IMG/VR virus record: IMGVR_UViG_3300033273_000409
Location: 1-60,780 of that record
Length of the DNA: 60,780 nucleotides
Origin: a virus
Taxonomy: Duplodnaviria > Caudoviricetes
Direction: 5' to 3' (one strand)
Positions 18,558 through 24,771 of this stretch are shown here, piece after piece. How positions within the stretch are numbered: position 1 is the stretch's first letter; every line of letters begins with the position of its first letter. The notes below the pieces were generated by a model. That model had not been told where the DNA came from. It ran no database searches and was given only the letters and a program-made list of their open reading frames with translations. The translations under genes and the position numbers were made by a program.

Positions 18558-18684
18558 GAACCGTCTGAGGTATGCCTTTGACTTCCTGCTCAACCATGGT
18601 CCTGACTTCGTAGACTATCGCAAGTGCTATAATGCTATTGCTGAATGGTCTGACAAACTTGACACTTCTGAGGCACACTACTGA
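18520..18684 (+). CDS. Hypothetical protein (54 aa)
   Basis: AAGGAG RBS with ATG at 18520. Confidence 0.75.
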   Translation: MDSKLKHHLSIPENRLRYAFDFLLNHGPDFVDYRKCYNAIAEWSDKLDTSEAHY

Positions 18685-18887
18685 TGCAATTCCAAGTTAC
18701 TGACATTCACTTCGATTTTGGTGATAGTTTTGAACCAATTATCACCAAAGAGGAAATGGATGAGATTGTAGATGAAACCATTGGTACATTCTGGGAGGCA
18801 GAGGATGGTGATGATTTGATTGAAGAGATTACTGCTGCCACAGGATTTTGCGTCAATTCTATTGATTATCGTCACATTCTCAAATGA
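18684..18887 (+). CDS. Acidic hypothetical protein, paralog A
   Basis: TGATG coupling; WEAEDGDDLIEEITAATGFCVNSIDYRHILK is shared with 23867-24070. Confidence 0.8.
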   Translation: MQFQVTDIHFDFGDSFEPIITKEEMDEIVDETIGTFWEAEDGDDLIEEITAATGFCVNSIDYRHILK

Positions 18888-19063
18888 CAGCAACTTATCA
18901 GATCTCAGTAACACTTGACGAGGGCACATTGTCATTTTTGAAGACAATGCCCACACGCCCTAAGACACAAAAAGGTATCAAGACACGCAACACCAGACTG
19001 GAGAATTATGCTATGAATCGCTATCCTAATTGGAAAGAAATCGACATCAAACTGCTGCCATGA
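18884..19063 (+). CDS. Hypothetical protein (59 aa, not in ORF track)
   Basis: ATGA overlaps at both ends; MTATYQISVTLDEG..MPTRPKTQKGIK. Confidence 0.7.
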   Translation: MTATYQISVTLDEGTLSFLKTMPTRPKTQKGIKTRNTRLENYAMNRYPNWKEIDIKLLP

Positions 19064-19191
19064 TTACTGAAGCAACACCACAAGATTGGGAAGACTTTTG
19101 GTATTCCCCAGAAAAGTTCGGGACGTGGTATCCTGAAGACTTCTACAATTCTGAATCTGAAGGACGCGAATTTAAGGACAATGAGCAATGA
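19060..19191 (+). CDS. Small acidic/aromatic protein (43 aa, not in ORF track)
   Basis: MITEATPQDWEDFWYSPEKFGTWYPEDFYNSESEGREFKDNEQ*; coupled to neighbours. Confidence 0.6.
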   Translation: MITEATPQDWEDFWYSPEKFGTWYPEDFYNSESEGREFKDNEQ

Positions 19192-19468
19192 ATTACCAAC
19201 CTCCTTTCCTCACACGCCACCAAGCAATTACAGATATGAGCGTGTTCGCAAAACGTCTACTATTGATGCAATTTGGATTGTATCTAATCATCTTTTCCTT
19301 TACAGTGGGGCTAGTGCTCGTAGTATCTGGGGATTCTACAATCACAGAAAAGATCAATACTTCTCGCCCATCAATTCAAAGCGAGTCGGTGAAACGGTAG
19401 ACGTGAGCACCACCAGTCCCTGGACTGCTATGCCACTTCTCAAACTGGCACTGGACTCCACCGACTGA
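19181..19468 (+). CDS. Hypothetical protein (95 aa)
   Basis: AAGGA RBS; FPHTPP..SIWGFY..YFSPINSKRVG..TSPWTAM. Confidence 0.7.
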   Translation: MSNELPTSFPHTPPSNYRYERVRKTSTIDAIWIVSNHLFLYSGASARSIWGFYNHRKDQYFSPINSKRVGETVDVSTTSPWTAMPLLKLALDSTD

Positions 19469-19487
19469 CTCCATTTCACCCTATAAT
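19430..19487 (+). promoter_or_regulatory. Early promoter cassette
   Basis: ATGCCACT-N6-ACTGGCAC, 30 nt, then TATAAT; no consensus -35. Confidence 0.75.
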
Positions 19488-19513
19488 AACTTCAGTTCAA
19501 ACAAAGGCACTCC

Positions 19514-19942
19514 ATGGGCACTCGCTCCCTGATCGGCAAGCAACTCAACGATGGTAGCATCCTGGGCGTCTACTGCCACTATGATGGCTATCCTGAGTTC
19601 AATGGTCGCATCCTGCGTGACAACTTCGACACCGAAGATAAAGTTAACAAACTGATCGATGGTGGTGATATGTCCTGCACCTGGACTAATGCAGGTTGGA
19701 ATAATGAAACCCTGCCCGAAACTGGTCCTCTTTACTACACCATGCGTGGTGAATCTCTGGAGAACAATGCTCCTCAACTCTACAAAGATTTGAATGAGTT
19801 CCTCTGTGGTGCTGACGATTGTGGTGCAGAATATACCTATCACTTCGTTGATGGTGAGTGGACCTGCCACGATGTGCGTCCTAATCCTTACCTTCCTCAC
19901 AATGTGATGGAAGTGCCTATCCCTGCTGGTCCAGTTGCCTAA
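19514..19942 (+). CDS. Conserved phage hypothetical protein (YCHYDGYP motif)
   Basis: MGTRSLIG..GVYCHYDGYPE..G..L..GAEYTY.F motif. Confidence 0.8.
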   Translation: MGTRSLIGKQLNDGSILGVYCHYDGYPEFNGRILRDNFDTEDKVNKLIDGGDMSCTWTNAGWNNETLPETGPLYYTMRGESLENNAPQLYKDLNEFLCGADDCGAEYTYHFVDGEWTCHDVRPNPYLPHNVMEVPIPAGPVA

Positions 19943-19985
19943 GTGGCACAGGGGCGCTTGTAGCGCCCTCTCCATGCCCTATAAT
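19928..19985 (+). promoter_or_regulatory. Early promoter cassette
   Basis: GGTCCAGT-N6-AGTGGCAC, hairpin GGGCGCT..AGCGCCC, TATAAT 30 nt after the palindrome. Confidence 0.75.
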
Positions 19986-20006
19986 TACTACATCAGCAAA
20001 CGACCC

Positions 20007-20246
20007 ATGCGACTCCACACCTCTGCCACACAGATCGACTTCTATCCCATTGGTACTGGCAAGCGTTTCGTCAAGCGTGTCATCTGGCATCCTGGTGATG
20101 AGCAGACTGAGATGACCTCATTCTCCACCCGTAGCAAGACCGACATGGTGTATGATGTGAACTGCTACCTTGCTAACGGTGCTACTATCAGTGACTTTAA
20201 CACTGAAGAATACACTGGCACTGATTACTCTCCCGTCTACTGCTGA
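20007..20246 (+). CDS. Hypothetical protein (79 aa)
   Basis: ATG after the promoter leader. Confidence 0.75.
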   Translation: MRLHTSATQIDFYPIGTGKRFVKRVIWHPGDEQTEMTSFSTRSKTDMVYDVNCYLANGATISDFNTEEYTGTDYSPVYC

Positions 20247-20248
20247 TC

Positions 20249-20413
20249 ATGGATTTTTCTCTGACTTTTGAACAACTCATCGAACAAATGTGTGAAGACC
20301 CTATGTTCATCAAACAATGCGAGGAGAACAATCGTATGTGGGATGAGGAGGCAGCAGCAGAGCTGGAGGTGACAGTCGATGAACTGCACCACATGCTCGG
20401 CATCGGTGCCTGA
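20249..20413 (+). CDS. Acidic hypothetical protein (54 aa, not in ORF track)
   Basis: MDFSLTFEQLIEQMCEDPMFIKQCEENNRMWDEEAAAELEVTVDELHHMLGIGA*. Confidence 0.65.
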   Translation: MDFSLTFEQLIEQMCEDPMFIKQCEENNRMWDEEAAAELEVTVDELHHMLGIGA

Positions 20414-20426
20414 TCTACCCTATACT
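20369..20426 (+). promoter_or_regulatory. Early promoter cassette
   Basis: GTGACAGT-N6-ACTGCACC, 30 nt, then TATACT. Confidence 0.75.
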
Positions 20427-20447
20427 AACTTTAGTTCAAACAAAGAC

Positions 20448-20849
20448 ATGACCACCGCTTCCTTCGCTGACTTCTGTGCCACCGCTGACGCCCGCAACAC
20501 CATTGAGTTGAACATCCGCAAGTATTGCCTGATGCTGTGTGATGCTCTCGTGGACAACTTCAAGTCCCGTAACCATGGCAAGGTTGGTCGTTATGATGCC
20601 CCCGTCTACCAGTTCGTGATTGAGACTGGTCGCAAGTATCACAAGATCATCATGGTTATTCCCAACGATGGTCGCCCTGATTCTCGCTCTGTCCATGCAT
20701 TTGTGGACAAGAAGACTGGTGAAGTTTACAAACCTGCTTCTTTCAAAGCACCTGCTAAGGGTGTTCGTTACAATCTGCTGCTGATCAAAGATCGTGAATG
20801 GTTGTTAGAAAATGCTGATTGGGCTGGTGGTTATTTGTATGTCCGATGA
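20448..20849 (+). CDS. Conserved phage hypothetical protein (133 aa)
   Basis: GRKYHKII..SVHAFVDKKTGEVYKPASFKAPAKGVRYNL motif. Confidence 0.8.
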   Translation: MTTASFADFCATADARNTIELNIRKYCLMLCDALVDNFKSRNHGKVGRYDAPVYQFVIETGRKYHKIIMVIPNDGRPDSRSVHAFVDKKTGEVYKPASFKAPAKGVRYNLLLIKDREWLLENADWAGGYLYVR

Positions 20850-20979
20850 GTTGAAACCACCAGTTCCTAATTTGATCATGTTAGGTGTCCTGTTACTTTG
20901 TACCATTGGTATCATTGTTGCGGGATACTTTCATGGCAAAATGCATTTGCTCACCGTATTAAAGAACGCTGTTTCATGA
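20839..20979 (+). CDS. Small single-TM membrane protein (46 aa, not in ORF track)
   Basis: MSDELKPPVPNLIMLGVLLLCTIGIIVAGYFHGKMHLLTVLKNAVS*; ATGA overlap with next gene. Confidence 0.7.
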   Translation: MSDELKPPVPNLIMLGVLLLCTIGIIVAGYFHGKMHLLTVLKNAVS

Positions 20980-21134
20980 ATCTGAATTTGCAAGAAATCG
21001 ACCATTTGATCACTGCACTGCAACATATGTCATCACATGATGTTGCAAGAGCGAGAGAGATGATTACACCTGGTGTGACAAATCACAATGAGTTGATTCA
21101 AAAACTGAAAGACTATCGGATGAGATTGACATGA
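20976..21134 (+). CDS. Hypothetical protein (52 aa)
   Basis: ATGA coupling. Confidence 0.65.
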   Translation: MNLNLQEIDHLITALQHMSSHDVARAREMITPGVTNHNELIQKLKDYRMRLT

Positions 21135-21313
21135 ACTTTGAACTTGACATGGAGGATTTCACGATTATTCTCAACGCGCTTCATTACTATAAGAAAGTAG
21201 AGAAGCGAGGAGAGTTTGAGAATTACACGGACGAGCGAATCAATGCAGTCCGTGATAAACTGGTAGAGCAAATGGCACCCACTCCAAAATATGACTTCAC
21301 GCGGAAAGTATAG
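21131..21313 (+). CDS. Hypothetical protein (60 aa)
   Basis: ATGA coupling. Confidence 0.7.
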   Translation: MNFELDMEDFTIILNALHYYKKVEKRGEFENYTDERINAVRDKLVEQMAPTPKYDFTRKV

Positions 21314-21458
21314 TGTAAGAGGACCAGATTCACGCGGAAAGTATGCAATCATCTGGTTTCCTTCCAACTCATCCACACCAAGAGTTGTAGCAAAGTTCTC
21401 TGATGAATTTACTGCACATCGACATAAACGAGCCCTTGTCAAGTTCACCATCTCATAG
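21291..21458 (+). CDS. Basic hypothetical protein (55 aa) with SRGKY duplication
   Basis: MTSRGKYSVRGPDSRGKYAIIWFP...; explains the 16-bp direct repeat at 21296 and 21329. Confidence 0.55.
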   Translation: MTSRGKYSVRGPDSRGKYAIIWFPSNSSTPRVVAKFSDEFTAHRHKRALVKFTIS

Positions 21459-21464
21459 TATAAT
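21436..21464 (+). promoter_or_regulatory. Sigma70 promoter
   Basis: TTGTCA-N17-TATAAT. Confidence 0.65.
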
Positions 21465-21488
21465 ATGACCATCGATCATTCTTCTTTC

Positions 21489-21743
21489 ATGAACGTCTAC
21501 CCGCCCGACTTTTACGAACAAGTAGTACAAAGCATGCCGAAGATTGATCACAAAGTAGCAGAGTCTACCACAAAACAAACTCAAAGTGATGTGTTAGATC
21601 TGTCTCTACGACAGTTGGAATATCTTTCCATTCTGGTAAGGGGAAATGAATATGAACAGTATTTGATGAGTCATATTAATAGTGTAAAGGTCGAACTTCA
21701 GCGTCAGTACAATGTCATCAACAACATCAATGCTTATGTCTGA
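21489..21743 (+). CDS. Hypothetical protein
   Basis: First in-frame ATG downstream of the predicted +1, in track ORF 21465-21743. Confidence 0.65.
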   Translation: MNVYPPDFYEQVVQSMPKIDHKVAESTTKQTQSDVLDLSLRQLEYLSILVRGNEYEQYLMSHINSVKVELQRQYNVINNINAYV

Positions 21744-22080
21744 AGTTCCTCCTCTCAAAACATTAGTCCAATATAAAGAACATATTGGGCACATTGCATT
21801 TTATATGCCCCCCACTCATGATTCCCTAAATTATTATGAGGGGTGTATTACTATCGCAATTCCCCCATCTTACGTCCGTATTGTCGTCCCACCCTCTGAT
21901 TATTCTCTCATTCAACCTATAACTTTCATGGATAAGACCGTCTCCCTCACTCACGCTGAAATTGATATTCTCATTCAATGCATGTATCATATGAAGGATA
22001 CTCTCAAAGACATGACTGATATTGAAGATGACAAGAAAGACATACTCGCGTCGTGTTATCAAAAGTTAGTCAATGCATGA
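21736..22080 (+). CDS. Hypothetical protein
   Basis: Coupled ORF; may be two fused small genes (second ATG ~21928). Confidence 0.55.
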   Translation: MSEVPPLKTLVQYKEHIGHIAFYMPPTHDSLNYYEGCITIAIPPSYVRIVVPPSDYSLIQPITFMDKTVSLTHAEIDILIQCMYHMKDTLKDMTDIEDDKKDILASCYQKLVNA

Positions 22081-22276
22081 AAAGTACGAAGAACTACTCA
22101 CACGGTATACAAGAGAAGGATTACCTGAACAAGATGAATTAGTTGAATTGTTTCAATACTTGTTAGACACTGATAAAATAAAAGAAATGTCTCCACGTAT
22201 GCAACAGTATGCTAATTACTTACTGATGGAAGGTTTCCTATACAACGTACACACAGGAGAGAATGAGGAGTCTTAG
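22073..22276 (+). CDS. Hypothetical protein (67 aa)
   Basis: Coupled ORF followed by a terminator. Confidence 0.7.
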   Translation: MHEKYEELLTRYTREGLPEQDELVELFQYLLDTDKIKEMSPRMQQYANYLLMEGFLYNVHTGENEES

Positions 22277-22292
22277 TTACTCCTCTTTTTTT
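22265..22292 (+). terminator. Intrinsic terminator
   Basis: GAGGAGT-7nt-ACTCCTC followed by T7. Confidence 0.8.
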
Positions 22293-22299
22293 GTATTGA

Positions 22300-22542
22300 T
22301 TACTCCGTTTTTCTTGTACCCAACCCAGTCTCTCTTGCTTTATTCAATCTCCACCAATCTTCTGCTGTCTCATGTGATTCAAAGTATTTTACTTTTCCGT
22401 GCCAGAATAAAGTAAACTTATCAAGTAATGACTCATATGATATCATTGGAGCTTCCTCTGATTCATATACAATGTCATTCTCATAGCAATCATGGATGAA
22501 TTTTTCCATATCTGCCTTTTCTTCTTCAATCCATCTGTCCAT
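22300..22542 (-). CDS. Acidic hypothetical protein (80 aa); only credible minus-strand gene
   Basis: MDRWIEEEKADMEKFIHDCYEND...; converges on terminator 22265-22292, with a minus-strand promoter at 22722-22750. Confidence 0.6.
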   Translation of the reverse strand: MDRWIEEEKADMEKFIHDCYENDIVYESEEAPMISYESLLDKFTLFWHGKVKYFESHETAEDWWRLNKARETGLGTRKTE

Positions 22543-22600
22543 AGTAGTAAGTGCGGAGAATAAAAAAATGTATAATAAAATATGTATGTGTTGTTTATAG

Positions 22601-22654
22601 TTTTCCACAAGGATGTGGAAAAAGTGTTATAAACTGGGGAAAACATGTGGAATA
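22601..22654. promoter_or_regulatory. Left DnaA-box-like cluster
   Basis: TTTTCCACA 22601-22609 (+) and TGTGGAAAA 22614-22622 (-); 1-mismatch boxes TGGGGAAAA 22635-22643 and TGTGGAATA 22646-22654. Confidence 0.6.
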
Positions 22655-22667
22655 TGATCTTTTGTAA

Positions 22668-22716
22668 TCTTATGTCTTCTTATGTCTTCTTATGCCAAAT
22701 CTTATAGTCATCTTAG
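22668..22716. repeat. AT-rich 10-bp tandem repeat (TCTTATGTCT)
   Basis: TCTTATG at 22668, 22678 and 22688, then degenerate TCTTATAG and TCTTAG. Confidence 0.85.
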
Positions 22717-22721
22717 CGTGC

Positions 22722-22750
22722 ATGTTAACACAAAACTCCGAAAATGTCAA
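22722..22750 (-). promoter_or_regulatory. Leftward sigma70 promoter (divergent)
   Basis: Minus strand TTGACA (22750-22745), N17, extended TG-T-TAACAT (22727-22722). Confidence 0.6.
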
Positions 22751-22774
22751 GACCTCAAAAATCTAGTCTAGGGG

Positions 22775-22803
22775 TTGACAAAAATCTCGACTAGGGTTAT
22801 AAT
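22775..22803 (+). promoter_or_regulatory. Perfect-consensus sigma70 promoter facing the repeat array
   Basis: TTGACA (22775-22780), N17, TATAAT (22798-22803). Confidence 0.9.
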
Positions 22804-22809
22804 AACTCT

Positions 22810-23060
22810 ACTAGATTCAACTAGATTTCATATAATCTCGACTAGATCATATATCTCTACTAGATCTCTACTAGACCCTTCTAGAATCGTCTATAACACG
22901 TCTAGAACTAGATCTCTACTAGATCTACTAGATTCTTCGTAATTCATAACTAGATGCACTAGATCATGTACACATATACGTACTAGATCATAACTAGATC
23001 ATGCGTGTATATGTGTACTAGATGAGCGAGAATGCGTGTACTAGATGTACGTGTACTAGA
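22810..23060 (+). repeat. Array of 17 co-oriented CTAGA (mostly ACTAGA[T]) repeats; non-coding
   Basis: CTAG starts at 22811, 22821, 22842, 22860, 22871, 22881, 22902, 22908, 22919, 22928, 22950, 22959, 22983, 22994, 23018, 23041 and 23056. Confidence 0.95.
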
Positions 23061-23155
23061 CGCACATACGCTCACCCCACTCACCCCTACCCACACCATT
23101 TGTGCGTGTTATGTGTTATAATGTGTGTGTATGTGTTAGGTATAGTGGGGGCACG

Positions 23156-23239
23156 TATTCCACAGATATTCTGTCTCAAGGGGGGAAAAACGATGAAATT
23201 TGTATAGTTTTCCACAAATATTTGAGAATCTGTGGAAAA
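23156..23239. promoter_or_regulatory. Right DnaA-box-like cluster
   Basis: TATTCCACA 23156-23164, TTTTCCACA 23208-23216 (+), TGTGGAAAA 23231-23239 (-). Confidence 0.6.
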
Positions 23240-23296
23240 CGTTTGTTTTGCTAATATTATTGATATCACGTGTACACTACGTGATCAAGTACTGTT

Positions 23297-23356
23297 GTGA
23301 CAGTTTCTGAACTGTCCACTAATTGCCCCATTCGTCCTCGGATGGGGTATTATAAT
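23297..23356 (+). promoter_or_regulatory. Early promoter cassette
   Basis: GTGACAGT-N6-ACTGTCCA; hairpin CCCCAT..ATGGGG; TATTAT/TATAAT. Confidence 0.75.
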
Positions 23357-23374
23357 ATCAATCGCAACCACTTC

Positions 23375-23575
23375 ATGGCAGATCGTATCATTGATCGTGA
23401 TTCTCTGCAGGAAAATTACATCGAAGCAATCATCGATGGAATGGATCACAAGTCCTTGTGGGCGTTCGTTTATGATAACCTGAACGATCATTTGGATAAG
23501 TATAGTGTCAATGAGTTGATTCAGGAAGTTGAAGAGTATTATCCTGAACTTCTTGAAGAAAGTGAGGCTAACTGA
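23375..23575 (+). CDS. Acidic hypothetical protein (66 aa)
   Basis: ATG after the promoter leader; IIDGMD..EVEEYYPELLEE. Confidence 0.75.
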   Translation: MADRIIDRDSLQENYIEAIIDGMDHKSLWAFVYDNLNDHLDKYSVNELIQEVEEYYPELLEESEAN

Positions 23576-23611
23576 ATCAGTGAGTTATTAACACTAACTG
23601 GGGCAGCTGCT

Positions 23612-23669
23612 CGACCAGTTGACAAGGTGGACTAGGGGGGGTTGATTCTCCCCCGATCCCGTGTATTGT
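23612..23669 (+). promoter_or_regulatory. Early promoter cassette
   Basis: CGACCAGT-N6-GGTGGACT; TTGATT; TATTGT 30 nt after the palindrome. Confidence 0.7.
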
Positions 23670-23697
23670 ACCTTTGTCATTCGGAACCAACACTTTT

Positions 23698-23862
23698 ATG
23701 ATGGACCAACTCGAAATGTTATCCCAACGTGAACAACTCATGTGGGATATTGATGGAATTGTTGAAGAGTTTGCCTGCAACAATAACATCAGCGAAGATG
23801 ACATGGAAGATCTAATTCGTGTCCTTTGTGATTCCGTCTGCAAAAACTTTCCTGCTAACTGA
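23698..23862 (+). CDS. Acidic hypothetical protein (54 aa)
   Basis: MMDQLEMLSQREQLMWDIDGIVEEF..LCDSVCKNFP. Confidence 0.75.
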   Translation: MMDQLEMLSQREQLMWDIDGIVEEFACNNNISEDDMEDLIRVLCDSVCKNFPAN

Positions 23863-23866
23863 AACC

Positions 23867-24070
23867 ATGCTATTCCAAGTCACACAGATTGAGTTCGACT
23901 TTGAAGATTCTGCGTCCTATGATAAGGAACCAGGATATTTTCAGAGTATTATTGATGAAACATTAGAAGGAGTTTGGGAGGCAGAGGATGGTGATGATCT
24001 CATCGAAGAGATAACATGCGCCACAGGATGGTGTGTAAAATCTATAGATTATCGTCACGTCCTTAAATGA
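23867..24070 (+). CDS. Acidic hypothetical protein, paralog B
   Basis: Clear paralog of 18684-18887. Confidence 0.8.
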   Translation: MLFQVTQIEFDFEDSASYDKEPGYFQSIIDETLEGVWEAEDGDDLIEEITCATGWCVKSIDYRHVLK

Positions 24071-24219
24071 ACATGAACACCGAACCTTGCCGCTATTGTG
24101 GTGGAAACTGTCCCCAAGATGAAGAATATGCTTGCGACGGATACTTAGGGGACATTGATGAACTCTACTCTTCTGAGGGGTCGCCCAACCAGTTGACAAG
24201 GTGGCACACAACCCCTTGA
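24067..24219 (+). CDS. Small Cys-rich protein (50 aa, not in ORF track)
   Basis: CRYCGGNCPQDEEYACDGYLGDIDELY; ATGA coupling. Confidence 0.65.
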   Translation: MNMNTEPCRYCGGNCPQDEEYACDGYLGDIDELYSSEGSPNQLTRWHTTP

Positions 24220-24244
24220 TTTTTGCCCGATTCTGTGCCATGAT
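24186..24244 (+). promoter_or_regulatory. Early promoter cassette
   Basis: CAACCAGT-N6-GGTGGCAC; TTGATT-N17-CATGAT; ATG 7 nt downstream (leaderless). Confidence 0.75.
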
Positions 24245-24250
24245 ACCATC

Positions 24251-24418
24251 ATGAACAAAACAACTTCCAACCCCTACGAAACCTACATCCTGTCCAAGGG
24301 TCGCGATCTGCCCAAGGCACAACCCAGCACGGGTAAGGTGCCTGCTCGCTTCGCTGACCGCTTCGCCACCTACGAAGCATACCAGGAAGCGATGGCAGAC
24401 TTCCTCAACGGTCTGTGA
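24251..24418 (+). CDS. Hypothetical protein (55 aa, not in ORF track)
   Basis: MNKTTSNPYETYILSKGRDLP..RFATYEAYQEAMADFLNGL*; high-GC codon usage. Confidence 0.75.
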   Translation: MNKTTSNPYETYILSKGRDLPKAQPSTGKVPARFADRFATYEAYQEAMADFLNGL

Positions 24419-24472
24419 CAGTCGGGGTACTGTCCCCAACCTATTGACTTTCCACCTGATCTCTGCAATCAT
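24415..24472 (+). promoter_or_regulatory. Early promoter cassette
   Basis: GTGACAGT-N6-ACTGTCCC; TTGACT; weak -10. Confidence 0.65.
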
Positions 24473-24478
24473 ACATAC

Positions 24479-24649
24479 ATGGCACAAACATCATTCCGAA
24501 ACGGCGACTCCTACGGGATATCCGACCGCTACACTACACGCGAAGATGGGGACTGGGATGATATCATCTCCCCCGACGATTATGAAGAAATTCTTGATCG
24601 TAAACGCTTCAATCAATCAATGGGTTACAATGCATGGAGGGGAATCTGA
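24479..24649 (+). CDS. Hypothetical protein (56 aa, not in ORF track)
   Basis: MAQTSFRNGDSYGISDRYTTREDGDWDDIISPDDYEEILDRKRF...; TGATG coupling. Confidence 0.65.
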   Translation: MAQTSFRNGDSYGISDRYTTREDGDWDDIISPDDYEEILDRKRFNQSMGYNAWRGI

Positions 24650-24771
24650 TGTGGGATGAAATTCAAGACATGCCAGGCGAAATTTTTGACCTGGACATTG
24701 ATGATCGGGAATTGATGCCACCCGACATGCAAGAGGACATTGAGAAGGAAGACCCGTTGCTGGACGATTGA
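24649..24771 (+). CDS. Extremely acidic peptide (40 aa, not in ORF track)
   Basis: GGAGG RBS; MWDEIQDMPGEIFDLDIDDRELMPPDMQEDIEKEDPLLDD*. Confidence 0.7.
   Translation: MWDEIQDMPGEIFDLDIDDRELMPPDMQEDIEKEDPLLDD

Noticed and set aside
21296-21344. 16-bp direct repeat TTCACGCGGAAAGTAT as an operator or att site
   Set aside because: The period is 33 nt (11 codons) and it encodes SRGKY twice in ORF 21291-21458, so a coding duplication is simpler.
22810-23060. CRISPR or mini-CRISPR array
   Set aside because: The repeat is only 5-7 bp with irregular 1-19-nt linkers. There are no 23-47-bp repeats, no constant-length spacers and no cas genes.
23022-23269. Track ORFs 23022-23207 (+) and 23087-23269 (-)
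   Set aside because: Low-complexity translations of repeat DNA with no RBS; treated as non-coding.
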